64,000 bases of DNA from Candidatus Sumerlaeales bacterium (GCA_038243585.1 JBBSQY010000006.1:12840-76839), one strand, 5' to 3'. Shown: positions 44,852-55,750, counted from the first letter of the stretch. Program-made: numbers and translations. Notes: generated by a model not told the origin, from the sequence alone.

Positions 44852-47473
44852 CTACATTTGCTTGAGCACAGCTTTCATCAGGTTCGTACGCTGAAAGCTG
44901 TCTGGTATTAATGATAATGGAAACCCAAGCAAGATGACTTCACCCTCCGAGGATGTTGGTCGGGTCAGCGTTGCAGCGCTTCCGGCACTTACCCCACTGC
45001 TATATTTCATCAATTCAATGCTTCTGCCCTGTCGCAACTCTAACCGCGAAGGTGTCGTATCTGCCTTTTGCCAGAAATTGGGCCTCACTGCCAGTGAAAG
45101 TGATACACTTGTAGGAAAGAACCGGTCGTCCGTGCTGGCAATGGCCGAATTTGCGACGCCTGAATCAGCTTTCGAAACTCCCAGAACGTCTGACAGAAAG
45201 CTGCGATTACGGCCGCCCTCTTGATAGAGATTTGCGGCAAGTCCACTGCCAGATAAATACAGTTTTCCGCTTCTATTTAAAAAGCTGCGAAGCTGGTTTT
45301 GTATTTTCTCAGATAGAATTGGCTTTTCGGGATTCTGCGTTTCTGAGGTGACAAATAGTTGTTTATACGATTTCCAGTCAACGAGTCCGTCTTCGAAAGC
45401 CGCGCTGTCGGCACCGTCAAAAGCCTGTCCCGCAGCAACGAGGGCAAACGCTTCCGCTGCACCGGATGGTTCCTCCATTGCATACAGCGCCCGTACCCGC
45501 TCCGTCTGGGCCGTAGCCTTATAAGGTCCACCGGGCTGGATTCCCAAATTGTAAGGTATATTAGTAGACTTATCCAGCGAAGTGTGCACTGGCACAATTA
45601 TGCTTTTCTTTGATGAACCTTTTTTGCCCGGTAAACCAACGGCAATGGTTTGAGATGGAAATGACTCGCCACCTGCGTTTAGTGCGGTTACTCTAATAAA
45701 AGTAACTCCTCCGCTGGTGAGGGGGTCAACAGTCAAACCTTCCACCGTCGCACCTGCGGCAACTCCGCCGTCAAATCCATAACCGTCCGGAGACCTGTAC
45801 ACCCTGAATTCCCTCGCCGGATCACCACTAAATTCGCTTTCAGTGCCACCCCGCCATTTTACATTAATTTTGCCATCATCAATTAGCGCGGCGATTGCAA
45901 CTGGCCGTGCAGGCGGCATTGTCACCGCGCTGCCTGGGGATGCAACTTCTGAATACCATTTAAGAACCCCACGCAGAGTAGCCTGCGCCATATGAATGCG
46001 CGATATTGGATTCAACAGGAATTCCACATCTTCGGCGTTATCGTGAAAAGCAGTTTCCACAATAGTTGCGTTCATTTCATTCTGTATATAGTCCCGACGC
46101 AGTTCTCCGAAATTGATTCCGCTGTAAGTATTTCTTTCCCGATCAGACCATTTTGCATCACCTGGCGTCTGCTCGGCTTTCATCTGTATGTTGATTTCCT
46201 GCCCAATAATTTCAGCGAGAGATTCCTGGTATGTGGGACGCTGTCCGGCACTGGCGTTAAATAATGCAATTGCTCCGCGAGCTTTCCCTGTGCTCGCATT
46301 GGAATGAAAGCTTATGAGTATTCTATCGAAAAATGAACCCTCTGTCTCACGATTAACGTGCGCCGCCGCTTTAGGAGGGGATGAGATGGTCGAATTTCCG
46401 TCTTTACCGGTATCAAATATCCGCCTGTCTGTGTTTGCACCGAGAGCTCTTTCGATCCAGTAACTGTCGCCTTCATCTTCACGGAGAAATCCAGAAATAC
46501 CGCCCGGACGGGGCACGTCGCCTTTCCCATTGCCAAAACGGACCGCATCGGCCACGACCACGTTTCCATTATAGGCTTCGTACGGATCTAATACTTTATT
46601 GGTGGTTTCTACGTATCCGGTGTCACCTTTGTTAAAATAATAGGTACCTAACCAAACCCATGTTTTTCCCACTTGCCGCCAGTTCACACGAATTTCTGCG
46701 TGTCCACCAGAGTGAACAATCCGGTATAACTGTTTTGAGCGGTCATCCCCATCTCGTGCCCAGACGTAAACCGGATAATAACCGGATTCAGGTATATAGG
46801 GCCGATAGCGAGCTATAGCTGTCTCCGAAAGGGTGGCTTTCGCAACGGCATAAGGGACAGCATCCGTTCGTGCGCCGTAGAAACGGTCGGAGTCTCCTTT
46901 TCGCCAGTCTCCAAATAGTTCCACCTGGGGCATGGAATTATCCAGAATACGTTCATTCGGCTGGTAATCTATAGGTCGAAACGGAACAATGGTCGCGCCG
47001 GCGTTAAATGCCATATGGGCAAAAATGTGCATTTGGTCCGCATTGCCCATATCTTCCACCATACCGTGAGACAGGCCGCGTTGGGTGTAGTAGTACATTT
47101 CCTCTGAATTATAGGTCCACCCGTGGCCCGCCATGGCAAACATCACTTTACCTGTCAAAGCTCCAGATGGCTGTTGATAAGCGGGACCGGAAAGCAATAA
47201 CTGATCTGCTACGGCTTTAGAATAGGGCCTGGATGGTACCGGTGCGGATTCTATTGGCTCGCGGAAGTCATCAGCCTCAGCCATCTCAACTATCCAATCA
47301 GGCGAACCGGCAGCGGCTTCCTGAATTGTAAGCGATTCGGTTGTTTGTGCATAGCCGGCATTAGGAATCAGAGATGAGCAGAGCGCAATTGCAAACGTGC
47401 TGGTTTGAAAAACGCCTGCAAAAAGGCGAAAAACTTCGCCAGATAAGTTAAAGGTTATCAAGAAGCGGTTCAT
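44852..47473 (-). CDS. Secreted multidomain protein: golvesin-C-like domain + N-acetylmuramoyl-L-alanine amidase (Amidase_3)-like + FN3-like
   Basis: Signal peptide (...PNAGYAQ). A golvesin-like segment follows (GYYPVYVWARDG...WVWLGTYYFNKGDTGYVE). Amidase_3-like blocks are ILISFHSNAS..ARG and IVETAFHDNAEDVEFL, and an FN3-like segment is KWRGG...FRVYRSPDGYGF. Confidence 0.6.
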   Translation of the reverse strand: MNRFLITFNLSGEVFRLFAGVFQTSTFAIALCSSLIPNAGYAQTTESLTIQEAAAGSPDWIVEMAEADDFREPIESAPVPSRPYSKAVADQLLLSGPAYQQPSGALTGKVMFAMAGHGWTYNSEEMYYYTQRGLSHGMVEDMGNADQMHIFAHMAFNAGATIVPFRPIDYQPNERILDNSMPQVELFGDWRKGDSDRFYGARTDAVPYAVAKATLSETAIARYRPYIPESGYYPVYVWARDGDDRSKQLYRIVHSGGHAEIRVNWRQVGKTWVWLGTYYFNKGDTGYVETTNKVLDPYEAYNGNVVVADAVRFGNGKGDVPRPGGISGFLREDEGDSYWIERALGANTDRRIFDTGKDGNSTISSPPKAAAHVNRETEGSFFDRILISFHSNASTGKARGAIALFNASAGQRPTYQESLAEIIGQEINIQMKAEQTPGDAKWSDRERNTYSGINFGELRRDYIQNEMNATIVETAFHDNAEDVEFLLNPISRIHMAQATLRGVLKWYSEVASPGSAVTMPPARPVAIAALIDDGKINVKWRGGTESEFSGDPAREFRVYRSPDGYGFDGGVAAGATVEGLTVDPLTSGGVTFIRVTALNAGGESFPSQTIAVGLPGKKGSSKKSIIVPVHTSLDKSTNIPYNLGIQPGGPYKATAQTERVRALYAMEEPSGAAEAFALVAAGQAFDGADSAAFEDGLVDWKSYKQLFVTSETQNPEKPILSEKIQNQLRSFLNRSGKLYLSGSGLAANLYQEGGRNRSFLSDVLGVSKADSGVANSAIASTDDRFFPTSVSLSLAVRPNFWQKADTTPSRLELRQGRSIELMKYSSGVSAGSAATLTRPTSSEGEVILLGFPLSLIPDSFQRTNLMKAVLKQM

Positions 47474-47567
47474 TTAAAAAGGGTCTTAAACAGATTTGCC
47501 AGTGACAATGAAAATCGGCAATAAGAGTCCTCTCTGCAAACGAGAAACAAAACAGGCTAAATTTATA

Positions 47568-50126
47568 ATGACTTATTTTTACCGTAGAACAGGCTTCATC
47601 CCAATGCTCGCACATCTGATCTTTAATATCTACTTGTCCTATTTCGGCGCCGCGCCAATCACATGCGCAGAACCCTTTAAATTAGACGCGCCCATTATCG
47701 CGGTACCCGTTGGGCTTACGACCACCCGTCAGCCCCGTATTGAGTGGCGGTCTGTCGCCAGTGACAGTTATCAGGTTCTCGTCACAGCAGAAGAGACGAC
47801 TGCCAGTCAAATCTTATGGGATTCCGGCATCGTCGAAAGCGATGACAAATGGACAACGGCCGTACCGCAACTGCCGGTCAATTCGACACTATACACCCAT
47901 GTTCGAGTAAAGACCAAACAGCGATGGACAAACTGGAGCCCCCGTAGCGTCCCGTTTCGTATTCAGCCAGTTCCCCAAGCAGCAGGGGATATAATTACCT
48001 ATGATCTAAGCTATTCCAGAAAGTTACCCGCACCCGAAGCCTTTGGCCATGCACATTTGGTTAGCGTTCTTCAGGGTATTGTCAATCGCGACCAGCCACA
48101 GCTATTTGTCAATTTCGTGAGAGCGAAACGCTTACCTGACGGGGTAGATAATTACTGGCTGAATCGTTTGCAAGAGCCTGAAGGATGGCTTGCAAAGAAA
48201 TCATTGGTACCGGAGGATGAAATTCTGGCGTTGGTGAACCGATTTCGATCTTCAATAGATGGAGTTGTGATTTGGGATCCCGAGGTTAACGCGACGTCCA
48301 ATATAGCTTCTACGGTAGCCGGCGCAGACAACTTGCTTCCAGTCAGATACGATCCCTCCCCAGGATCTTTTTATACTAGGCTTGTCACCAGCGGCCCACA
48401 ACTCCCTGTACGGCTTAATCTTGTGGGAAAGTTCACCGGCACAGGAACAATACCAGACACAGCCAGAGCCTCCAGTGGAAGCAGGAAATGCGACGCCTAC
48501 ATTTGGGCTGTTGAAAATTATCTGAAAACAAAACGCTCAAACCCGCAAAAACTGGGTTATTATCTCGATGCCTATTGGATAAGCGAGCCCGGTGGCGACG
48601 CTCAGCTTCATACGTTGACGAATCACGACTATTTTGTGGCTAACAAAGGGTTCTTCTGGGACTTGTCACCTTGGTCCGATGAGACCCCCGTGGACGATCC
48701 CGATCAGCCCCTTGGAGCCGACTTAAATACTTTAAAAGAAATATACGTTTCGTCTTACGAAGCAATGGCGGGTGCCAAATTTAGTCATACGGGTGGATTT
48801 ACGCCTTGGCATCTAAAATATACAAACTCTCACGGGGCGGGAGGCACCCATGGTGCTGTGGAAACCGAATGGGAAACCGCTCGGATATTATCCGCTTATA
48901 ACTCGTACCTCGATGCCGACGCCATCGGGATTTGCGCAATGGCCAATGCTTCCCTGTATCAGCACATGCCATTGCCCGAGCGATACTCCCAGCCTGTGCC
49001 ACCTATGCCAGAAGAGCTCCAGCGACAGGGGCTGTTAAGCCAGCGAAATTTGGTGACAACTGCGACATACATCCTGCATTATGTGGGAGACTATGACTCG
49101 GCGGCTTGGGCTACAAGCATGCTCCCAGGTTTTTGGGACGCTGGCGACAGAGGATCTGTAAATATGGGCTGGGCGATTAATCCTAATCTGAGCGAACGCG
49201 CTCCCATGTTTTTTGAATATGCCTACAGAACACGGACGGCACACGACCACTTCATGGCAGGGGATTCAGGAGCAGGGTACGTTAATCCCACTCAGTTGCT
49301 ATCGCCTCGCCGACCATCTGGTTTGCCTTCCGCCGTAGAGGCATGGCAGCATCATTGCCGGCAATTTTACCAGGCGTTCGGAATGAACTTTACCGGGTTT
49401 GTCATTAATGGCCTTTCTGGAGTCATTGGGCCGGAGGCGGAACGCATTCATACGGCTTTCTCTCCAAACGGCATTGTTATTCAGGAGGCGGTAAACCAGG
49501 GCGACGTTCACCTGGAAGGTACAATGCCGGTGTTTGTTCACAATTCTGATCTTAGTGTCAATGCGCCGGAGGCCGCGGATACGGTTCACTCTCTCGCGCA
49601 ACCAGACACCCTGCAATTCCTCATGTTCCGAAGCATCCTACGGCCTGTTTCGTATTATGCTACCCTGAACAACTTGCTGCGCAGTAGTCGTCCCGATTTG
49701 AATTATGTCTTCTGTAGCCCAGACGTTTTTTCATATTTAGCACGGGTACATTTAGGTTCAGACAATAACCAAATGGCCAGCTACCTTTTCGACACTATTC
49801 CCCAGGACATGCAGGCAGGAAACTCCTACCCGGTCCAGATAGCGATCCGGAACGATGGGTGGGACACATGGAAGGGCGGAAAAGGCGGAACTCACGGACT
49901 CCTGGTCGAAATTTCCGTAAACGATAAGTCTACATCACCCACCTTTTATCCCATGCCCCGCGACGTTCCACCCGGTGACTCGATCGTCATAAAAGTCGAA
50001 ATTACGGCATGCGACAGGGGTGGCTCGCAAACGATTAATTATGAAATGGCCAGTAACAACGGCGCGAATAAGTTTTCCAGCAGTGGTGACCCCGCTTTTG
50101 TGCAAAAGCTAAAGGTCGAAATATAA
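47568..50126 (+). CDS. Secreted GxGYxYP-family putative glycoside hydrolase with a C-terminal Ig/NBR1-like domain
   Basis: N-terminal hydrophobic signal and the family-naming motif region DSGAGYVNP. The C-terminal beta-sandwich-like segment is YPVQIAIRNDGWDTW. ATG 47568 is preferred over the ORF-track start at 47496. Confidence 0.5.
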   Translation: MTYFYRRTGFIPMLAHLIFNIYLSYFGAAPITCAEPFKLDAPIIAVPVGLTTTRQPRIEWRSVASDSYQVLVTAEETTASQILWDSGIVESDDKWTTAVPQLPVNSTLYTHVRVKTKQRWTNWSPRSVPFRIQPVPQAAGDIITYDLSYSRKLPAPEAFGHAHLVSVLQGIVNRDQPQLFVNFVRAKRLPDGVDNYWLNRLQEPEGWLAKKSLVPEDEILALVNRFRSSIDGVVIWDPEVNATSNIASTVAGADNLLPVRYDPSPGSFYTRLVTSGPQLPVRLNLVGKFTGTGTIPDTARASSGSRKCDAYIWAVENYLKTKRSNPQKLGYYLDAYWISEPGGDAQLHTLTNHDYFVANKGFFWDLSPWSDETPVDDPDQPLGADLNTLKEIYVSSYEAMAGAKFSHTGGFTPWHLKYTNSHGAGGTHGAVETEWETARILSAYNSYLDADAIGICAMANASLYQHMPLPERYSQPVPPMPEELQRQGLLSQRNLVTTATYILHYVGDYDSAAWATSMLPGFWDAGDRGSVNMGWAINPNLSERAPMFFEYAYRTRTAHDHFMAGDSGAGYVNPTQLLSPRRPSGLPSAVEAWQHHCRQFYQAFGMNFTGFVINGLSGVIGPEAERIHTAFSPNGIVIQEAVNQGDVHLEGTMPVFVHNSDLSVNAPEAADTVHSLAQPDTLQFLMFRSILRPVSYYATLNNLLRSSRPDLNYVFCSPDVFSYLARVHLGSDNNQMASYLFDTIPQDMQAGNSYPVQIAIRNDGWDTWKGGKGGTHGLLVEISVNDKSTSPTFYPMPRDVPPGDSIVIKVEITACDRGGSQTINYEMASNNGANKFSSSGDPAFVQKLKVEI

Positions 50127-50199
50127 TGATATAATTCTGTAAACCTCAGCCTATAATCGCACTGTCATCTAACACAGAAACATAAGCCAGCCTACAGCT

Positions 50200-51552
50200 C
50201 TAATTGGTGGAAGGTCCCGGGGGAGCGGTGCGTAATATGGTCCAACCTGCAATACCCGCAATGAGCGACCCTGCTAATATTCCAATTTTCGAAATCTCAA
50301 GCAGCTGAGATTCCCCGAAAGCCAGATTCGCGACAAAAAGACTCATTGTGAACCCGATTCCGCCTAGAAACGCAACGCCAATCACATGGCGCCAGGTTAC
50401 TCCTACAGGCATAGACGCAAGGTTTAACCTGATAGCCAACCATGAAAATAGGCTAACACCAATAAGTTTACCCACCACCAAACCGACTATAATTCCAAGA
50501 CTCACCGAACTTCCAAGCGCGGCAACTCCGCCGCCCGCCAGACTAACTCCCGCGTTTGCAAAAGCAAAAATAGGCAGAACCGTAAAAGTAACCCACGGAT
50601 GGAGCTCATCTTCTAGCCGACTCAGCGGTGTCTGCACACCTTCTGTAAGATCCTGCAAGGAATTTAACACACCATGACGGTCACTGTTAAGCCCCCGCTC
50701 TATATCCAGTGGTCCTGCTTCCTCAAACCCGTTAAGTAGCTGGCGCCCATTTTCCAGAAACTGCGCCTCGGCGATTCGCGTGCGAGCCGGAATTGCCATA
50801 GCCAGTAAGACCCCCGCAACAGTGGCGTGAACTCCTGACTTAAGGATGGCTATCCACAGAACCGCGCCGACCAAGCCATAAACGACCGGCCTGCGTACTC
50901 CCATGGTATTTAACGCAATGGCCGCCGCAAGCATGATACCAGACACCAGAAGAGCCCCAAGGGACACTTTCGCAGTGTAAAAAATCGCAATTACCAGTAC
51001 GGCCCCGATATCGTCGACAATGGCAAACGCCGTAAGAAATATTTTTAACGACAACGGCGCACGCTTTCCAAGCAGTTGCAAAACACCAAGGGAAAAGGCT
51101 ATATCCGTAGCCATGGGAATTCCCCAACCGTGGCTTCCGTCTCCACCGACGTTAAACACAGCATATAACCCCGCCGGCACCACCATGCCTCCAATCGCAG
51201 CTGCAATGGGAAGTGTGGCCTTTCGCACGGAGGTAAGCTCACCGATCAAAATTTCCCGCTTAATTTCAAGGCCCACAACGAAAAAGAAAATTGCCATAAG
51301 CCCGTCATTGATCCACAGTAACAACGGTTTGGATAGCTCATAGGGTCCAATACCTATTGTTAATTTGGACTGCCAGGTATTAAAATAAACTGAGGACCAG
51401 GGGGAGTTCGCCCATAGTAGGGCCAGAACTGTACAACCAAAGAGAATTATACCGCCTGAAGTCTGGCGATGTAGGAACTCCTGAAACGGGCTTAAAATAC
51501 GGTCAATTGGAGCCCTTGGTCCAATTTTGACATGAGATTTCTTACTGGCCAC
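50200..51552 (-). CDS. nhaA: Na+/H+ antiporter NhaA
   Basis: Hallmark blocks FFFVVGLEIKRE, GIPMATDIAFSLGV and FLTAFAIVDDIGAVLVIA. Confidence 0.93.
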   Translation of the reverse strand: MASKKSHVKIGPRAPIDRILSPFQEFLHRQTSGGIILFGCTVLALLWANSPWSSVYFNTWQSKLTIGIGPYELSKPLLLWINDGLMAIFFFVVGLEIKREILIGELTSVRKATLPIAAAIGGMVVPAGLYAVFNVGGDGSHGWGIPMATDIAFSLGVLQLLGKRAPLSLKIFLTAFAIVDDIGAVLVIAIFYTAKVSLGALLVSGIMLAAAIALNTMGVRRPVVYGLVGAVLWIAILKSGVHATVAGVLLAMAIPARTRIAEAQFLENGRQLLNGFEEAGPLDIERGLNSDRHGVLNSLQDLTEGVQTPLSRLEDELHPWVTFTVLPIFAFANAGVSLAGGGVAALGSSVSLGIIVGLVVGKLIGVSLFSWLAIRLNLASMPVGVTWRHVIGVAFLGGIGFTMSLFVANLAFGESQLLEISKIGILAGSLIAGIAGWTILRTAPPGPSTN

Positions 51553-51663
51553 GAGTAACCTTTCAGTAATACCTTAATAAGAGATCTCTTCGGATTAAGA
51601 CGCGGAACAAAATACCGTTACACCGCCAAATGCCGGAGACACCTAACTGCCAAAACCATATAA

Positions 51664-51740
<77 letters not shown>

Positions 51741-51828
51741 ATGCAGTCTAAGTTTTGATGCCTACATTAGCTGGTTTTAGGTGTTCAATAAAAACTGGCG
51801 ACCTTGGATTCCCGTTAGCAGCATGAAC

Positions 51829-52413
51829 CTATTTTATGTCCACCAACTCTATTTCAAACACAAGATCGGAGTTCGGAGGCACATTTCCCTGACCTTTATC
51901 ACCATACCCCAGATTCGACGGCACATATAGTTTTCTGACTTCGCCAACATTCATGTCGTTTGTGCCGACCTCCATGCCTTTGATTGCTTGGGATTCACCA
52001 GGCTTGAACGAAAACGGAATCGGAAATTCCGCTTCACGTGAGCTCTCCAGCTTTTGACCATCGGTCAAATACAGCGTGTAATGGATTTGACGGGTGCCTG
52101 TGGTAGTTGCTAAGGGCCCGGCTCCAGCTTTAATTATCTGGTAGTAGATTCCGCCTGGTAATGTTAAAGAAGTAGGACTATCGGCGGAAGATGTCGCAGA
52201 TGCAGTAATAATGCTATGGCTGCTTATACTCACAGTGCTCTGCGTCGTGTGGGTATCGACCTCTTGGGATGCGGTCGTCTCTTCCCCGGCTACTAGCGTT
52301 GTTGTAAGCGCATCACTCGAAGATGTCACGAAGTCTTGTGCCCACGAGACCGTAGAGCAGCAGATGTGAACCAGTACTGCAACGATTACGAGAGTGGCGT
52401 TATTGTGCGACAT
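51829..52413 (-). CDS. Secreted FKBP-type peptidyl-prolyl cis-trans isomerase
   Basis: Signal peptide, a Ser/Thr-rich linker and a C-terminal FKBP domain (HYTLYLTDGQKLESS...PGESQAIKGMEVG...LVFEIELVDI). Confidence 0.85.
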   Translation of the reverse strand: MSHNNATLVIVAVLVHICCSTVSWAQDFVTSSSDALTTTLVAGEETTASQEVDTHTTQSTVSISSHSIITASATSSADSPTSLTLPGGIYYQIIKAGAGPLATTTGTRQIHYTLYLTDGQKLESSREAEFPIPFSFKPGESQAIKGMEVGTNDMNVGEVRKLYVPSNLGYGDKGQGNVPPNSDLVFEIELVDIK

Positions 52414-52433
52414 TGATTAAATCCTTTCGAATA

Positions 52434-53294
52434 TCAGACGATAGCCTTGCCTTGGAATTTGCGTATGGCAAAGATTACAATAAAAAGTAGGAACTGGGTC
52501 AACACGATAGTCGATCCCGTGGGCCAGTCAGTTCCGTTAGAGATAAGAAGTCCAATGGCCGTAGTGCTAAACCCAATCGCAAGAGATACCACTATCATGT
52601 TTCTAAACCGTTGTGTCAGGACTTGCGCCGTTGCACCGGGCAGAATGAGAAATGCGCTTACCAAAAGCACTCCGATGATTCGTGAGCTGATAATGATTGT
52701 GACAGACATCAGTCCCAGCAGAAGGAGATGGAGAATGGTAACCGGAAGTCCTGAAACCCGTGCCATGTCTTCATCAAATGTAAAGTAGAGTAGTTCTTTA
52801 TGGAAAAGTATTAACGGAACAATGACAAGCAGTCCCAGTCCTGCAATTGCCGCGACCTGTTCGCTGCTAACCGCTAAAACACTACCGAAAAGATAGGAAT
52901 ATACATCCTGATTATACCCGGGAGCCATTCGAAAAAAAATGGCTCCTAGCGCCATACTCGCTACAAAAAAGATGCCGATAGCGCTGTCTTCGCTGATTTT
53001 AGTATGATTGCTGGTGAAAGCAATCAGTGCGGCAACTCCAAGACAAAAGAGAAGAGCAACCGAGTCCACATGAAGAGCCGTGGCGGCGCCGCCACCGAAC
53101 AACAGAATTCCCAGGGCAAACCCGCCCAGCGCGCTGTGGCTAATGCCCTGACCAATGAATGCCATCCGCCGCAACACAACATAGACAGAAAGCCACGAGC
53201 AGACAAGGCTAATTATCATGCCGCCTATTACGGCATTTCTCCAGAACTCATATTCCACGAGGTCTTGCCAAAAGGTTTGTAGTTGAGTAATCAT
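52434..53294 (-). CDS. Metal (Zn/Mn-type) ABC transporter permease, ABC-3 family
   Basis: 286-aa polytopic protein with ABC-3 family blocks (RMAFIGQGISHSALGG, FDEDMARVSGLPV). Confidence 0.8.
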   Translation of the reverse strand: MITQLQTFWQDLVEYEFWRNAVIGGMIISLVCSWLSVYVVLRRMAFIGQGISHSALGGFALGILLFGGGAATALHVDSVALLFCLGVAALIAFTSNHTKISEDSAIGIFFVASMALGAIFFRMAPGYNQDVYSYLFGSVLAVSSEQVAAIAGLGLLVIVPLILFHKELLYFTFDEDMARVSGLPVTILHLLLLGLMSVTIIISSRIIGVLLVSAFLILPGATAQVLTQRFRNMIVVSLAIGFSTTAIGLLISNGTDWPTGSTIVLTQFLLFIVIFAIRKFQGKAIV

Positions 53295-53452
53295 ACGTGC
53301 CGTTTATTTTTCGGAGCGATGAGAGCCGTCGCGGCGAAGAGTGGAATTCCGATCCATGAGTATTTTGCTAAGCACAAACGATTAATATTGCCGTGGCGCG
53401 GTCATAATCCCTTGCTCCGCTGATCATAAGATTTTTTTCCAGATAGATTAGA

Positions 53453-54331
53453 ATGCCATTGGACCCTTCGTTGACAGATCCGACCCTGCAAGAGCAGGAT
53501 TCAACATTACCTAACAAAACTGCTGCTCCGGTGAGAGAAACCACATTTCTCGGTTACCTGAGAGAGTGGGCCGATGCCCTGATCATTGCTTTCGTAGTGG
53601 CCATGTTTATCCGTACATTTGTGGTTGAACTGTTTAAAATACCCAGCGGATCTATGAGTCCAACATTGCTCGGTGACTTTGTTGCAGAGGGCCTTGCGAC
53701 AGATCGTAAAGGGGAAGGGCATGAGTACCTGCTTATAAGCGACCCGATGGGGGACATTGTTCAGGTTTTCGAAAAGCAGCCTGATAGCCACTATATTTAC
53801 AGGGGAAAGCAGTCGAAGTTCGCCTTAACGTCAAGTCAGCAGGTGCTGCTTGAGTCCAAGGTACACCGTGAGGAACATAGAATCCTGGTTAACAAGTTTT
53901 CCTACTGGTTTAAAAAGCCTGAAAGAGGCGACGTCGTTATTTTCAGGGTTCCTTTTGGATCAGACCCGGTATTAGACGAAGCTCAAAATGTCTCCGTTCC
54001 TGCTTACCACAGGGACCAAAGCGTGTATGTGAAACGAGCTGTGGCATTCGGCGGCGAGCAACTGATGATCGGTGACGACAACCATTTGTACGTAAACGGA
54101 GAACTGGTTAGCGATCCTGAGATTATTTCAAAATTACAATATTTCCCGCCCGCAGGGGCGTCTGAATACCAGCTTGATATTCCTGAAAATCACCTTATGG
54201 CGCTAGGCGACAACTCTGGCAACAGCCTTGATAGCCGGTACTGGGGCCCGCTTCCTTTTGACAACCTTCGGGGCAAGGCTGTGCTTAGATACTGGCCATT
54301 TAAGGACAAATGGTTTTTAAGTCCCAAGTAA
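53453..54331 (+). CDS. lepB: Signal peptidase I
   Basis: Catalytic Ser box IPSGSMSPTL, Lys box YVKRAVAFGGE and GDNSGNSLDSRYWGPLP. Confidence 0.92.
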   Translation: MPLDPSLTDPTLQEQDSTLPNKTAAPVRETTFLGYLREWADALIIAFVVAMFIRTFVVELFKIPSGSMSPTLLGDFVAEGLATDRKGEGHEYLLISDPMGDIVQVFEKQPDSHYIYRGKQSKFALTSSQQVLLESKVHREEHRILVNKFSYWFKKPERGDVVIFRVPFGSDPVLDEAQNVSVPAYHRDQSVYVKRAVAFGGEQLMIGDDNHLYVNGELVSDPEIISKLQYFPPAGASEYQLDIPENHLMALGDNSGNSLDSRYWGPLPFDNLRGKAVLRYWPFKDKWFLSPK

Positions 54332-54448
54332 ACATGAGACGAATTTAAAAACTGATTTAATTGATAACAGGACCTTTTTTGTTGTTTGCAACTCGGGGCC
54401 TCATGAGCGGTATTGGCCCGAATTTATAATCTATGGGATATCGTAATA

Positions 54449-55645
54449 ATGTCTATTTTCGCAGCGCCCACTGACGCACCTCGGCGCGACCTCTCGTCCA
54501 AGCTTAATTCTAAAGTGTTAGCGATGCCGCCAAGCGGTATTCGGCGCTTCTTCGAGCTCGTTATTGGCATGGATGATGTCATCAGCCTTGGGGTGGGGGA
54601 GCCGGATTTTGCGACGCCACGGTGTATTCGCGATAAGGCAATTAAAGATATTGAAGCCGGACGGACCACATATACCAGCAACTACGGACTTATGGAATTG
54701 CGTGAGGGCCTTTCAGATTGGCTGCAACGGACCTATGACATAAGTTATGACCCGGCATCCGAGATTCTGATCACGGTAGGCGCCAGTGAAGGTCTGGACG
54801 TCGCACTACGTGCCATTGTTAACCCAGGCGACGAGGTAATTGTCCTTCAGCCATGCTATGTCTCTTATGGTCCGGCGGTTGAACTCGCTGGCGGAGTGCC
54901 CGTTTTGTTCCCAACGTTCCAGAAGGATGGGTTCCGGGCTAACCTTGAAGAGCTGCAAAAAGCTGTGACGCCGCGAACTAAGGCAATCATGGTAAATTAT
55001 CCGAACAACCCGGCCGGCAATACTTTTGACAGGGAAGACTTGGAACAATTAGCAGAGTTTGTTAAAAAAAATGACCTGCTGATAATCAGTGATGAAATCT
55101 ACGCTGAACTGACGTATGATAAAAAACACGTGGCATTGTCTTCTCTGCCGGGGATGAAGGATTACGTTATTCTTGTAAGCGGCTTCAGTAAGAGTCATGC
55201 TATGACAGGCTGGCGGCTCGGTTATACCTGTGCGCCCCCGGAAATTACTGCAGCAATGGTTAAAATACATCAATATACAATCCTGTGCGCTCCTACGCTA
55301 AGCCAGTATGCGGCAATAGAAGCCTTAAAGCATTGCGACGACGCAGTTTCCGGTATGCGTGAAGAGTATCAGAAGCGTCGTGACCTGATAGTGCAAGGTT
55401 TTAATAACCTGGGCCTAAAGACATTGGTGCCAGAGGGCGCGTTTTATGCGTTCGCAGATATATCCGGAACCGGGATGTCGAGCGAAGATTTCTGCATGCG
55501 TCTGCTCGCCGAACATAAGGTCGCGGTAGTGCCCGGCACCGCTTTTGGGGCATGCGGTGAGGGGTTCATACGCGCAAGCTACGCATCAAGTTTGGAGCGG
55601 ATCGAGCTGGCTCTTGACAAGATGGAAATTTATTTAGCGACATAA
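54449..55645 (+). CDS. Class I/II PLP-dependent aminotransferase (aspartate aminotransferase-like)
   Basis: GEPDFATP, NYPNNPAGNTF and SGFSKSHAMTGWRLGY (PLP lysine). ATG 54449 is preferred over the TTG at 54413. Confidence 0.88.
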   Translation: MSIFAAPTDAPRRDLSSKLNSKVLAMPPSGIRRFFELVIGMDDVISLGVGEPDFATPRCIRDKAIKDIEAGRTTYTSNYGLMELREGLSDWLQRTYDISYDPASEILITVGASEGLDVALRAIVNPGDEVIVLQPCYVSYGPAVELAGGVPVLFPTFQKDGFRANLEELQKAVTPRTKAIMVNYPNNPAGNTFDREDLEQLAEFVKKNDLLIISDEIYAELTYDKKHVALSSLPGMKDYVILVSGFSKSHAMTGWRLGYTCAPPEITAAMVKIHQYTILCAPTLSQYAAIEALKHCDDAVSGMREEYQKRRDLIVQGFNNLGLKTLVPEGAFYAFADISGTGMSSEDFCMRLLAEHKVAVVPGTAFGACGEGFIRASYASSLERIELALDKMEIYLAT

Positions 55646-55750
55646 ATCGAAAAGTAGCATAGGCCTCCCGCCTGTGTATTTCCTGAGCGGCACGTTATCC
55701 AACCAGGAAACAATGATAGGAATTACCCAGCCAGTGCTTCTGCCACTTGA

